64,000 nucleotides of DNA from Octopus sinensis. Lineage: Eukaryota. A model generated the notes under the pieces. The model was not told where the DNA came from. It searched no databases and saw only the letters and a list, made by a program, of their open reading frames with translations. How positions within the stretch are numbered: position 1 is the first letter of the stretch; each line of letters opens with the position of its first letter. A program made the position numbers and the translations under genes. Where the stretch lies: contig NC_043007.1 in NCBI RefSeq assembly GCF_006345805.1, positions 66,340,001 through 66,404,000 of the forward strand, read 5' to 3'. Positions 27,746 through 40,628 of this stretch are shown here, piece after piece.

Positions 27746-27831
27746 TATATATATATAATATATATATATTATATATATCTATATATATATATACAAATAT
27801 ACATATACATATACATATGCATATACATATA

Positions 27832-29040
27832 CAGGCTGTTTCAAAAAATTTGATGTCATTTCGTAATCTAATAACTTTGATAGTTCTTGTTTAAATTACT
27901 TCAAATTTTAACAGCATGTGTAGAAACAGGTCAAAATTTTATCTTTAAAGTTTGATATGTTTATCTTTGTAGGTATAGGAATGGTATTCACAGAAAGAGA
28001 AAAGGCATTTTGCGTGTTGCAGTATGCTCGAACACAGTCGAACAAGACTGTGAAACGTGCATTTATGAGAGAGTTCTCTGAAAAGTCACCAACGGCAATG
28101 CACAATTCGATATGGCACCAAAAATTCAAAGAGGAAGTAAGTCTGTGCAGGGCAAAAAGATCTTGACGACCGCTAATATCGGAAGAGACGGTCGAACGGG
28201 TTCGCCAAAATCTCATGCGAAACCCCAGGAAGTCCATTACAAGAACAAGCCTGGAAACCCAGATTCCTCTAACGACAGTTTGGCGTGTCTTATGGAAACG
28301 CTTGCTAATGAAAAACTACAAGCTGAAGCTCGTTCAGGCCATAGCGGCAGATAACAAGTGAAAGCGCAAACAATTCGGTGTTGATATGCAAGAGAAACTT
28401 GAAAAAGCCGAGTTCAAGGAACGTCTTGTTTTCAGTGATAAGGCCACATTTTATGCAAGTGGGAAAGCCAATAAGTATAATGTTCGTATTTGGGACGAAG
28501 AAAATACCCATGAAAGGAACTCACCAAAAGTGAATGTGTTCTGCGCCATTTCCAAGAAGCATTTTCATGAACCGTTTTTCTTTGAAGGTAATGTGACCGG
28601 CGATGTTTATCAGCAAATGCTTTAGGACTGGCTAATGGATGAGCTCATTGCAAATAAACATGGAGTCTTCATTTTTCAACAGGACGGGGCTCCATCTCAC
28701 TGCAACCTCACTGTGCAGACTTATCTCAGTGACAATCTGCTAGGAAGATGGATCGGGCGTTGAAATGGCTGCTACGTTCACCTGACCTGACACCCTGCGA
28801 ATTTTTTTCTTTAGGGCTATGTGAAGGGCTTAGTCTATGTTCCCCCTCTTCGTGCAAACCTAGAGGAATTGAGCAGAGAATCACTACCGCACTGGAGACT
28901 GTTGCCCAAGACATGCTGCAGTGTATTTGGGTGGAGCTGGACTACTGACTTGATGTGTGCTGTGTCTCTGGCAGTGCACATATTGAACATTTGTGAAATC
29001 CTTCATGGAATCCACATACCTTTGAATTTCTCATTCAAAT
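27832..29040 (+). mobile_element. Tc1/mariner DNA transposon remnant (DD37D/maT-like transposase pseudogene)
   Basis: N-terminal HTH-like MVFTEREKAFCVLQYARTQS; VFSDKATF, FQQDGAPSH and RSPDLTPCEFF spread across frames; 5' end TA-caggctgtttc. No right TIR found. Confidence 0.85.
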
Positions 29041-29044
29041 TTGA

Positions 29045-29262
29045 TGTGTGTGTGTTTGTTTGTTTGTCTCCCCAACATAGTTTCACAACCGATTCCGGTG
29101 TGTTTACGTCCCCGTAACATTCCGGTTCGGCAAAAGATAACGATAGAATAAGTACTAGGCTTACAAAGAATAAGTCCTGCGGTCATTTTGTTCGACTAAA
29201 AGGCGGTGCTCCAGCTTGGCCGCAGTCAAGTGACTGAAACAAATAAAAGAGTAAAAAAGCAC
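29045..29262 (+). mobile_element. SINE family A, 3' half
   Basis: Family similarity. Confidence 0.8.
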
Positions 29263-29268
29263 ACACAT

Positions 29269-29312
<44 letters not shown>

Positions 29313-29781
29313 GTATATATATAAACTGTGGGGCTGTTTTTAAGTGTCTCAGTACGCACATAACTTTTATATGCGTATATGTAAACATGTATGTAGGGAG
29401 TCGTGTGTGCTTGTATGTGTATTCGCATGTGGTTCAATATGTAGTCTATGTATGCGCGCGTGGTACATGTCTGCCTGTCTGCAATGGTTACATGTGTATA
29501 TATGCAGGAGTGTGTTTATATGGGAATGTGTATATGTATGACTGCGTGTATCTGCGTGTATAATTGTGAGTAGGTATCTATGATGGTTATATGTATGCAT
29601 TTATGTATATCTATGTGTTTGTGTGTTAATATGCTTGTGTGTATGTGTGTGCGTGCGCCTATGAAGGTTATATGCATGTATATAACTGTGCAAACGCGTG
29701 TTTGTATGTACATATGTATATACAATGTGTAAATGTGCATGTGTGTTGTGTGTGTGTGTGTGTGTATGTGTGTGTGTGTGT

Positions 29782-29817
<36 letters not shown>

Positions 29818-30474
29818 ACAGATTTTGTACTAGTAGTATAAATGATGAATGACAGTTGTTTGAAGAGAGAGAAGTGTAGGGACTGTAGTGGGAGGATATC
29901 ATTGTTAATTAGCATAATTACTGTTCATTTCATTAGACATATCTAAGGTATTTTCTTTTAAAATGGTTAAGGCTGTAGCGAGACTAAGATCTCTGCTGAT
30001 GCTGCAAATGCTGCTATTGTTAGTCTATAGTCTTTTTTCAGGAGTTGTTGTGGTGGCGGTTTTAGTGTGTGTGTGTGTGTGGTGGTGGTGGTGGTGGTGG
30101 TGGATGATAGTGATTGTGCTAATGGTGGCGGTTGTTCTGCATTTCTTTTCGTCTCATTAGAGCATTTGGACAAAATGCTTAACAACAGTATTTTTTGTGG
30201 ATCACATTCTGAGTTCAAATCCCACCTAGAACAAGGCCGACATTTCCTTTCCGTCTAACGTTAGCTTCAGCACGTAAAGTCAAAGTGAAAGGAATAAGAG
30301 TCACATCTTTTTGCATATGGATTAATAATTTTCTTTTTCATGAAGATCCCCCCTAAGCTGTACTGATTCGATTGGTGACAAACGATGATGACGTCTGTAG
30401 TCAGGCTCCAACTCAGAATGCACACTAGCTACATATATGTCTGAGAAGTTTTGAAAATTAAAAATAAAATAGAC

Positions 30475-30685
30475 GTAGAAATAGCTGTGTGGTAAGTAAC
30501 TTGCCTACGAGCCACATGGTTCCGGGTTCAGTCCCACTGCATGGCACTTTGGGCAAGTGTCTTCTACTATAGCCTCGGGCCGACCAAAGCCTTGTAAGTG
30601 GATTTGGTAGACGATAACTGAAAGAAGTTTGTCGTATGTATGTATGTGTGTGTGTATATATATATATATATAATATATATATATA

Positions 30686-30716
<31 letters not shown>

Positions 30717-30953
30717 ATGTATGTATGTATGTGTGTGTATATGTTTGTGTTTCTGTGATTGTCCCCCCACCAACATCACTTGACAACCGATGCTGGTGTG
30801 TTTACGTCCCGTAACTTAGTGGTTCGGCAAAAGAGACCGATAGAATAAGTAGTAAGCTTACAAAGAATAAGTCCTGGTGTCGATTTGCTCAACTAAAGGC
30901 GGTGCTCCAGCATGACCACAGTTACATGACTGAAACAAGTAAAAAGAATAAGA
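30475..30953 (+). mobile_element. SINE family A with internal microsatellite
   Basis: Family similarity in both halves. Confidence 0.88.
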
Positions 30954-32009
30954 GTTTTTATTTGACAAGAAGAAAATGGCCATCCAAAAATATAACACTG
31001 TTTCAACACACGGTTTCACATCAGAAATCTTTCAAAACAAATCCATACCATCATATTTATTATATCTACACTAGCTGACCACGTTCCGTCAATAATAACG
31101 GCTAATTGTAGTATTTTATATATAAATAAGGTACAAAATAAGGTCCATAATAATCACACATACATTCACACACTTGCCTTGTACAGGCACACACATACAC
31201 ACATATACTCACACAGAGTTGAAACGCTGATTTTTTTCACCCCTTCCTTTCTATCATTGCTATTACTTTCTATCACTCCCTCTCAGTCAGGGCTAGTATT
31301 CTCACTACTTCTCCACTGAATTACTATTTTCTCTCCTCCTCCGCATACGGCGCGATTCTTTATTGTATTAGGAGATATTTAAACATGCAGTTGATAATGA
31401 ATTCTTGCTGTTGATGAAAGACACAGGAATCATATGGCAATTCCACCACTGCTGCTGGATCTTTTTCCTCTACTACCACTTCACTTCTGTGCTTTTTTGG
31501 CAGTGTACATCTATACGAGAAACTCTCTCTAAACGAATACAGTAATTTTGTGACTTTCTATAGTGTAGCCACGTTAAATAAAATATACAGAATGCTATTC
31601 TGAACCAAAACTGCTTTCGTCGTTAGAAATTAATATTTATTATATTAATTATATTTACCAACAAATTATGTTTACTTAGCCATCAATACAATTAACAAAA
31701 GTTAAGCATCTATAACTTCAAACATCCACAAACGTTAATATCACCACGTAAGCTATGGTGTCAATCTGGCTAAAAGTCAACCACACAGTTTCTTTTGTGC
31801 TTGCCTTCACCTTCAATACTCTCCCTTATAGTTGGTACCATCCTTCAGGTCTGCTTAAGCTTCTACACCTATGCATAATCCATATGCGACTTATATCTTC
31901 AGGTATAGCTGCAACCTTAGAAACATTCTCCTGTGGTAGTGGAGAATCTGGCCAATTTTGTCACCATCAATAGCATAAAGTCACTACTAGATAGACATGA
32001 AGTAAGCAA

Positions 32010-32380
32010 TATCATGACTGCGTGGTTAAGAAGCTTGCTTCTCAATCATGTGATTTGGGGTTGAGTTCCGTTGCGGGGCACCTTGAGCAAATGTCTGTTT
32101 TGCTCCAGGCCGAGCAATACCTTGTGAGTGGATTTGTTAGACGGAAACTGAAAGAAGCCTGTCGTATATATGTGTATGTTTGTGTTTGTACCCCAAATGC
32201 TTAACAACCGGTGTTGGTTTATTAAAATTTCCGTAGCATAGCGGCTCTGCAAAAGAGACAGATAAGTCTCAAACTTTTGAAAGATGTAAGTATAAGGATC
32301 GATTTGTTCGAATTGAAACTTCAAGGCGGTATCCCAACATGGATGCATTCCAATGGTTAAAACGAGTAAAAGATATACAA
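32010..32380 (+). mobile_element. Older SINE family A copy with short internal tract
   Basis: Diverged but collinear. Confidence 0.75.
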
Positions 32381-32863
32381 AAAGATATCTCCCTCCCTTA
32401 CCATGAACTTAGAAACTTTCAATATCAATAAAATTGTTCGACAAATGCTAGGCGGATCCCTTCCGGTCATCGTACGCGCACAATAGTACCCCCAATCTTG
32501 TCTCTCCTTCAAGGTTTCTACTTTGCAGTACTACAATGACTTCTATTCATTTAACTTATAATACTTGCAAACCAAATATTTCGCAGCGCTGCTCGCTACA
32601 TTTGTTTCCCTTTATCTTATCCGATTGGATTAACAACGCCACCAAACATTTTTGCAAGCAAACATCGACTTAATTCATATCATCAACATGATATCAGAAA
32701 TTCTATCATGCTCATCTTCTTCTTCTTCCCCCGCATCCTCCTCCTCCTCCTCCTCATCATCATCATCATCATCATCGTCATCATTTTCATCATTATCATC
32801 AAATATAATTTTGCTCTTTCGTTTTCAACGACATCATAATCATCACCATTATTCTTAGTGATA

Positions 32864-32928
<65 letters not shown>

Positions 32929-33654
32929 AATGATGATGACGATGACAACGACGACGACAACTACTACGAGAGGGATGGTAACAATCATCACCATTATCAT
33001 CATCATGAACATCGTCATTACACCATCGTCATTATTGTCATCATCATCATCATCATCATAAACACCACCATCAGCACCAGCACCAGGTCCAGCTGTAGCA
33101 GCATTATCCTTATTACAATTATCATAGGGAAAAATGAAATATAATTTCCACATCCCGGAACTTCTTCACCTATAACCTTCCTATATAATTCATCGTTTGA
33201 ATCTACCTTTTTGATCGTCGCCATGTTGAAATTTAAAATGAAACAAGCAGAAAACTTGTCTGTCGCTTATATTTCTCTCTTTTATTTATTTATTTAGTTA
33301 GTTGTTTTGTTTCTAACAACCACTCCCAATGCCCTGCCCATCACCACAGCAAACAACTGGTCCTAACCACCTCAGCACACCCTTTCCTCTGTTCTAAGAA
33401 TAAAGTTTAAAAAAAGTAAGTAAAATACAAATACTTTCCAACATTGCCTGCGGACATGTCCCAGCGTTAGAATGACACAATGGAGATATGTCGGTGATGG
33501 GGATGTGTAGCAGTTGGGGAACAAGGGAAACATCGTTTGTTTTTGTTTTTTTTTTCAGATAAGACGAGAGAGGAGGAGAAAGGATGACGAAAAGGTGGAA
33601 AGGGAAAAAAATGGAAGAAAATCTTGGAGAAAGACAGAGAGAATGTAATAAAAA

Positions 33655-33852
33655 TAGTGGTTTTCAATTTTTCCACCAGGGCAGCAATTTGGTGGGAGGG
33701 GACCGCATCGACCCCAGTGTTCAACTTTATTTTATCGGCCCCAAAAGGATGAAAGGCAAAGTGGACCTCGATAGAATTTGAACTCAGAACTTGAAAACGG
33801 ACGAAATGCTGCCAAGTATTTTCTCCTGCGTACTAACGATTCTGCCAGTTCG
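33655..33852 (-). mobile_element. SINE family B
   Basis: Family similarity. Confidence 0.8.
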
Positions 33853-33871
33853 CAACCATAATGATGATGAT

Positions 33872-34030
33872 GAGAAGAAGAAGAAGAAGAAGAAGAAGAA
33901 GAAGAAGAAGAAGAAGAAGAAGAAGAAGAAGAAGAAAAAGAAGAAAAAGAAGAAGAAGAAGAAGAAAGAAGAAGAAGAAGAAGAAGAAGAAGAAGAAGAA
34001 GAAGAAGAAGAAGAAGAAGAAGAAGAAGAA
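33872..34030. repeat. Nearly pure (GAA)n tract of about 50 units
   Basis: Directly visible. Confidence 0.97.
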
Positions 34031-34431
34031 TGATGATGAACGCTAGTCTACCATCGCTAACAGCAACAACAGGAACGAAAATAGAAAACTTGCTTAGTCG
34101 TTTGACTAGCTAGATATAACAGCCAAATTCCCTTAAACCATAGAGTGCCGATTTAAATAAAAATGGAAGCACATATTTGAGCAATGTTATCTTGGCTGTA
34201 CCAAACGACAAGGATAGTCGTGAGTGCAACGGTGGGACGGATTTCACCAATCGCATTTACTCCATCGACATCAACCTGGGCCTTAAGCAAGTCATAAAAA
34301 CAAGAACAACCAGATCAACGATAAACGTGCCACAAGCCATAAATTTAAGAACAAAAACAACAATAAAAAAAGTAACAACAGTAGACGCTTAGTTACAGCA
34401 CTACAAGATAGTAATGGGCCACGCGCAGCCA

Positions 34432-34630
34432 TGCCGGGTGAAATGCTTAGCGGTATTTCGTCTGCCGCTACGTTCTGAGTTCAAATTCCGCCGAGATCGA
34501 CTTTGCCTTTCATCCTTCCGGGGTCGATAAATTAAGTACCAGTTACGCACTGGGGTAGATATAATCGACTTAATCCGTTTGTCTGGCCTTTGTCTATGTT
34601 TAGCCCCTTGTGGGTAGTAAAGAAATAGGG
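34432..34630 (+). mobile_element. SINE family B (5'-truncated, close to consensus)
   Basis: Nearly identical to 51671-51898. Confidence 0.88.
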
Positions 34631-35256
34631 ATTTTGACTTACACGCCTAACAGAAGGATATTTAGTAGTGTTGCCGGTCTGCTGATGAGTCATGTCTCAC
34701 GCGGCTAGTAGCTCGTAAAACGGTTAGATGGATATTGTAAAAATTTAGCAACTGATCAACTCTGAAGTATTTTTTTAAAACTATTTCTTTTAAATCGTAG
34801 AGCAGGGGTTCTCAACCATTTTTTTTTTTTAGCTATGACCCCTTTGATTACTGCTTTATTCTGGTGGACCCGCCGCAGTCATTCGATGTGTAAAAACTAG
34901 TTTTATAGGCACTTCTTTCAAAATTCACATTTTGCTTATGAAGGAAACAAAAGAAATAGGCAGAAAAGAAATAGCATACAAATTCTCTATATTTTCTTTC
35001 TTTGCTACCTACTTTTATTTAAAAGAAGTTATATGAATGTCATAAATGTTATTCCGATCCATGGTTTCAAGAATCTAAAAAAGCGGCTGAAATAGAAAAT
35101 GACTGCCATTTTCTTGCGCAGTGAGATGGAATCTAGAAGAATATTCTTTTTTACTCAAGGCATAAGTCCCGAAATTTTTGGGGAGGGAGCCAGTCGATTA
35201 GATCGATCCCAGTACGCAACTGGTATTTATTTTCGTAAACCTTCCCTTATATATAC

Positions 35257-35291
<35 letters not shown>

Positions 35292-35830
35292 AGCAGTGGC
35301 GGACTGGGTCTAAAAATATTGGTTGCCAGGTTTCCTTACTAAATAGGGAACATAAATGGGGAATAAAAAATAATACAAATAATAAAAAATAATAAAATAA
35401 ATATTACGACTATTTCTAGTTGTATAATTTTGATTGTCATGTCTTTATATAGAATGTAAATAGTAAAATAGTATTATATAATACAGACCTGAAGATTGGC
35501 AGTATAGTCAAGTTGATATGGTACTGAAATTTCGAAACCTATTTCAACAATACCGATAGATATATTGTCATGAAACACGCGTAGTCTATATAATTTGATA
35601 TATGATTCAGAATAGTAATTGTAGATATTAATTTTGATAAAATTTAATCTTATATATCTCTATCATAGATAATGTCGTTCAATGTTGATTGAGTTGCTTG
35701 AAAGTGGTTCTGTCTCTAAAACCCTATCTATATATATGTATATAATACAGTGATAAATTCATTTTGGTATCACAAAATTGAATTTCTCTCCCCTGTGGAC
35801 TTGGAAATAATTTCCTTAATAATAATAATG

Positions 35831-35884
<54 letters not shown>

Positions 35885-35900
35885 TAATAATAATAATAAA

Positions 35901-38900
35901 TACACCAGGAAAATGTAGATAGAAGCCACACAACAATGCCCAATAATATAAACACTGAAACTGTAAAACACGAAGACAAACGCAACATTCCCAACAAACA
36001 CGATGTAAACAACGAAGGGGAGCCTAATGATTATGATAATATAAAAAATAAAATAATCAAAGAACTGAAAACCACAGAGCCAAAATGGACCACCGACCAT
36101 ACCTCCCAAGAATAAAAATAAACGCAATAACAACACCAATTATAAACAACATAAACCTAGCCGTCACTGAACTAGCCACTGAAACAAAAAAAGTGATATC
36201 ACTGAACTAAATGACTTGATATACGCAGCAGCCACTGCAGCCACAAAAGAAGCTGGATACTCACCCAAACCCGCCCAAACAGGAGTACCACCACCCAAAC
36301 AAACCCTGTGGATAAATAACATCCAAAACAAAATTTAAAAAATTAGAAAAGACCTGTCGATTCTTAATGAAATCAGCAAACAAGCAACGCTACTGAGCAA
36401 CAAAAAGAGAACAAAAATGCTCCGCAAATATAACATCACAGAAAAAGATTTGCCGGAGATAAACGAAAAGCTGAAGCAAGATATCCTTGCCAAAGCTCAA
36501 AGGATCCGCCGGTACGAGAAACGCCAACGCTTCTTTGAACAGAACAAAAAGTTCAACTCCAACCCCAAAAAGTTCTACCAAGAACTGGGAAAAAATAAAA
36601 TAGAAGTCACTGCAGCACCAACGGCAGAAGAATTGGAAGAATTCTGGAGAGAAATATGGTCGGCGAACGAACAGCCAAAAAAAAGGAGTACCAAAATAAC
36701 AAACTCGGCATCTGAACAACTTTGGACCCCCATAACAACTGAAGAGGTCACCCAGGCACTGCAAAAACTAAGCAACTGGAAGGCACCTGGGCATGACAAG
36801 ATCCCCAACCTCTGGTTGAAATATCTAACAGGAATGCACAAAAAGCTGGCTGAAAACTTTAACAGCATACTAGCAGAGCCAGAGACAATGCCTGAATGGC
36901 TCACGAAGGGGAAAACCATCTTAATTCCCAAATCAAATGAAACAACAAAACCAGAAAACTACAGACCAATAACCTGCCTCCCTACTATGTTGAAGGCATT
37001 TACTGCAGTGATATCGCAAAGGCTGAACAAGCACCTGGACGAAAACAAACTGTTCCAGAAGAGCAGAAAGGATGCCGCAAAGGCTCATATGGCTGTAAAG
37101 ATCAACTAATGATTAATAAAGCCGTAACTGAAGACAGCCACAGAAAGAAGAAAGGCCTCAGTATGGCCTGGATTGACTACAAAAAGGCGTTTGATAGCAT
37201 CCCCCACACATGGATCCTCGAAACACTAGCCATTAACAAAGTAGCACCAACAATCATAAAATTCATAGAGCACTCTATGAATAAATGGCAAACAGTCCTA
37301 CACCTCCAAACAAAAGAGGGACTCATGAAAACCAAAGACATCCCCATTAGAAGAGGAATATTCCAGGGAGACACGCTCTCTCCACTCCTTTTCTGCTTGG
37401 CACTGTCACCTCTATCTGATATGCTAAATAGAACTGGATGCGCATATAAATGTTATGGCAAAACGATCAGCCACCTTTTTATATATGGATGACCTAAAAC
37501 TATACGCTGCAAATGACAAACAGCTGGAAACACTATTAAAGACAGTTCATGGATTTACCAAAGAAATAGATATGAAATTTGGATTAGAAAAATGCGCCAA
37601 AGTAACCATGAAAAGAGGAAAACTAGTTAAGAGTAACAACATCACACTAGATAAAACCAATGAAATAAAAGAATTAGACCAAAGCCAAACTTACAAATAC
37701 TTAGGAATCCATGAACTAGATAAGACACAACACACACAAATGAAAGAGAAAATAAAAAAAGAATATTATAGACGAGTTAGATCAATACTAAAAACAGAGC
37801 TCAATGCTAAAAACAAGATAATAGGTATCAACACTTTAGCTGTCCCAGTTATAAGTTACAGCTACAATATCCTTAACTGGACACGAAATGAACTGTCCAA
37901 AATAGATAGGAAAACAAGAAAAATACTGACAGGATCTAGGATGCATCACCCAAACTCTGACATAGAAAGACTATATATACAACGTATAGAAGGTGGTAGA
38001 GGCCTTATACAGTTGAAAAACTACTATAAAATAACCACCATAGGACTGCAACAATACCTACTTCAGAAGGAAGGAAAACTGATCCAGATAGCAGCAAAAC
38101 ACGAGCAAAACAAAAAACTGTTCTCAGTATTTAAGGAAGCTGACAAATACAAACAAGAAATCATACCACCTAATAGACACAAAGAAGAAGAAGAAGATGA
38201 TGAAGAAACAACAAAAGCTATAAAACAAATGAAATCCAAACTAAAGATAGAACAGCAACGAGCCATGATAAAACGATGGCAAGAAAAGCCCCTTCATGGT
38301 AAATACTGCACTAAACTAAACGCAAAAGAAATAGACAAAGAAAAATCCCAGCATGGTTGAGAAGCTCAGGACTCAAAGCAGAAACAGAGGGATTTTTAAT
38401 TGCAGCACAAGACCAAAGCCTCCCCACCAGAAATTACCAAAAACATGTAATGAAAAGAAATATTACAAGTAACTGCAGAATATGTGGAGATGGACAAGAA
38501 ACAATAAATCATATTATCTCTAGCTGCCCAGTCCTGGCTAAGAAGGAATATATTCACAGACATGACAGAGTTGGAACCTACATACATTGGAAGCTATGCC
38601 AACATTATGGAATAACAACAGAAAAAAGATGGTATAGGCACACACCAGAAAAGGTCACAGAAAACGAGAAAGCAACCATACTCTGGGATATGCCGATACA
38701 CACAGATAGAGAAATTAAGACCAACAGACCAGATATAGTTGTCAGAGACCATGAAGAAAAAAAATGCTTTCTAATTGATGTATCAATACCGGCAGATGAC
38801 AACGTGTCTCTAAAAGAAATGGAGAAACTCTCAAAATACAAAGACCTGGAAATAGAGTTAACTAGAATGTGGAACCTGAAAACAGAAACAATTCCTATCA

Positions 38901-39140
38901 TAGTAGGTGCATTAGGCATGATAAAAAAATATTCAGACAAATACATAACAAAAACACCAGGACTTACAAACACATATAACATACAGAAAATTGCACTACT
39001 AGGCACTGCACACATCCTACGCAGAACACTTTCCATACAATAACCATCTGAGCATCACAACAAATCACAGCACATACCCAAGGCACACAGAGCTGCGCTC
39101 GGTAGTGAAGTGAAAGCACGCTATAAAAATAAAACTACTG
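35901..39140 (+). mobile_element. R4/Dong-like non-LTR retrotransposon (RT plus restriction-like endonuclease), 5'-truncated, 3 frameshifts
   Basis: ORFs 36417-39043 join into one protein: WKAPGHDKI, NYRPITCLP, AWIDYKKAFDSIPH, GIFQGDTLSP, YMDDLKLY, CCHC finger CRICGDGQETINHIISSCP, RHD, RPDIVV, IDVSIP, KLSKY. Flanked by (AAT)n on both sides. Confidence 0.95.
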
Positions 39141-39534
39141 AATAATAATAATAATAATAATAATGATAATAACAACAACAACAACAACAACTATAATAAT
39201 AATTATAATGATAATAATATATAATATATATATATATATATATTGTGCTTGTGCGTATATAGACGTATGTATGAACTTTTACGGTACGCATGTGTGTGTG
39301 TATGAGTTTGTATATATATGCGTATATATTTGGCGAAAAATGCGCGTGAAGATGTGTACGTTTTCATAGTGACGTATAAGTACGCACGTGGGTCCGTGAG
39401 CGCACATGTGAGCGTATGACTAGCCGTGTTTTACTATGAAATTTTAATCTTATTTTATATAAGTAGCAGAATTACAACACAGTAATTTCCCTTTATATAA
39501 CGGTATTTTTTCATAGCGTTTTTTCAGATGGCCA

Positions 39535-39595
39535 GATAACCGAAGAGATGGTGTTGTGGATTTCCACTTCGGCATCTGAAACTCAGAGTTTTATC
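39535..39595 (+). ncRNA. Hammerhead ribozyme-like motif (C4 core variant) in a non-coding repeat spanning ~39410-39610
   Basis: gataa-CCGAAGA-gatg...catc-t-GAAAC-tcaga-GTT-ttatc: 5-bp stem I, 4-bp stem II, near-palindromic stem III ACTCAGAGT. Confidence 0.6.
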
Positions 39596-39637
39596 TTGAC
39601 TATTGAGTAAATTATTTTATATATAAATATATATATA

Positions 39638-39696
<59 letters not shown>

Positions 39697-39847
39697 GTAG
39701 AAAAATACAAACTGGGACATGAAAGCAAAACACTTAGAAGACGATACAAAAAACACGGACAGGACATTCGAAGCCCTCAATCTTCAGTCAAGAACCGGAT
39801 CATCCTAGCAATTTCGGCTGATTAATCTTATATATATATATATATAT

Positions 39848-39889
<42 letters not shown>

Positions 39890-39890
<1 letters not shown>

Positions 39891-40575
39891 GTTACCTACA
39901 CTATTAGTGGTGGAATAACCTACTCCAAAATTATTACTAGAGAAAATGTTTTTATATTTACGGAATATTAGGGAATAAATCCAAACTTACAGGGAAAAAT
40001 CAGATTTAGGATAGAATCCAATTTTATAGTAAAATATTATATTATATTAAATTAGAGACAAAACCACTATTATGCAAATCAAACAATGAAAAACTTAAGC
40101 CAATACATATGATTAATTTATATTATTTAAATATATAATAAAATTATTAAAAAAATATAATTAATATCACACTACGATCGTTTCATGCCTGCTAACATCT
40201 TCAAATTTTTGAGTCGCAGTCATTCATCAGGTGGTTTAAATATCTAAAATATAATCAATATTTTTAAGATATAAATAATATATATAATATAATAATTTTA
40301 CTTATAATAAACTCTATTATTAAATATGATTATATCGAAATCGACTATAATGTTAATTTATTAGGTTTTCATTATATACAATTATTTATAGAGAATATTT
40401 TAGATCTTGATTATAATATTTGAAGATGTTAGCAGGCATGAAACGATCGTAGTGTGATATTAATAATTTTATTATATATTTAAATAATATAAATTAATCA
40501 TATGTATTGGCTTAAGTTTTTCATTTTTGATTTGCATAATAGTGGTTTTGTCTCTAATTTAATATAATATAATAT
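39890..40575 (-). mobile_element. Penelope-like pseudo-LTR remnant with inverted arm (40034-40206 / 40418-40575)
   Basis: ~160-bp inverted repeat differing mainly by one short indel; contains a complete HHR motif; no ORF. Confidence 0.65.
40170..40233 (-). ncRNA. Type I hammerhead ribozyme motif
   Basis: cac-CTGATGA-atgactgc-(loop)-gcaggcat-GAAAC-gatc-GTA-gtg: canonical core, 7 of 8 bp in stem II, palindromic stem III ACGATCGT, GUA site. Confidence 0.78.
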
Positions 40576-40592
40576 ATATATATATATATATC

Positions 40593-40623
<31 letters not shown>

Positions 40624-40628
40624 GTATG

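Noticed and set aside
33018-33224. Minus-strand ORF MATIKKVDSNDELY with a good start context
   Set aside because: Short, runs into a GAT microsatellite, and has no recognisable domain or supporting exons.
34675-34735. CTGATGA followed by gtc...aaaacggtt
   Set aside because: No GAAA and no consistent stems I or II.
39720-39830. Minus-strand CTGAAGA...cgaatGTC
   Set aside because: GAAA is incomplete and stem II cannot be drawn convincingly.
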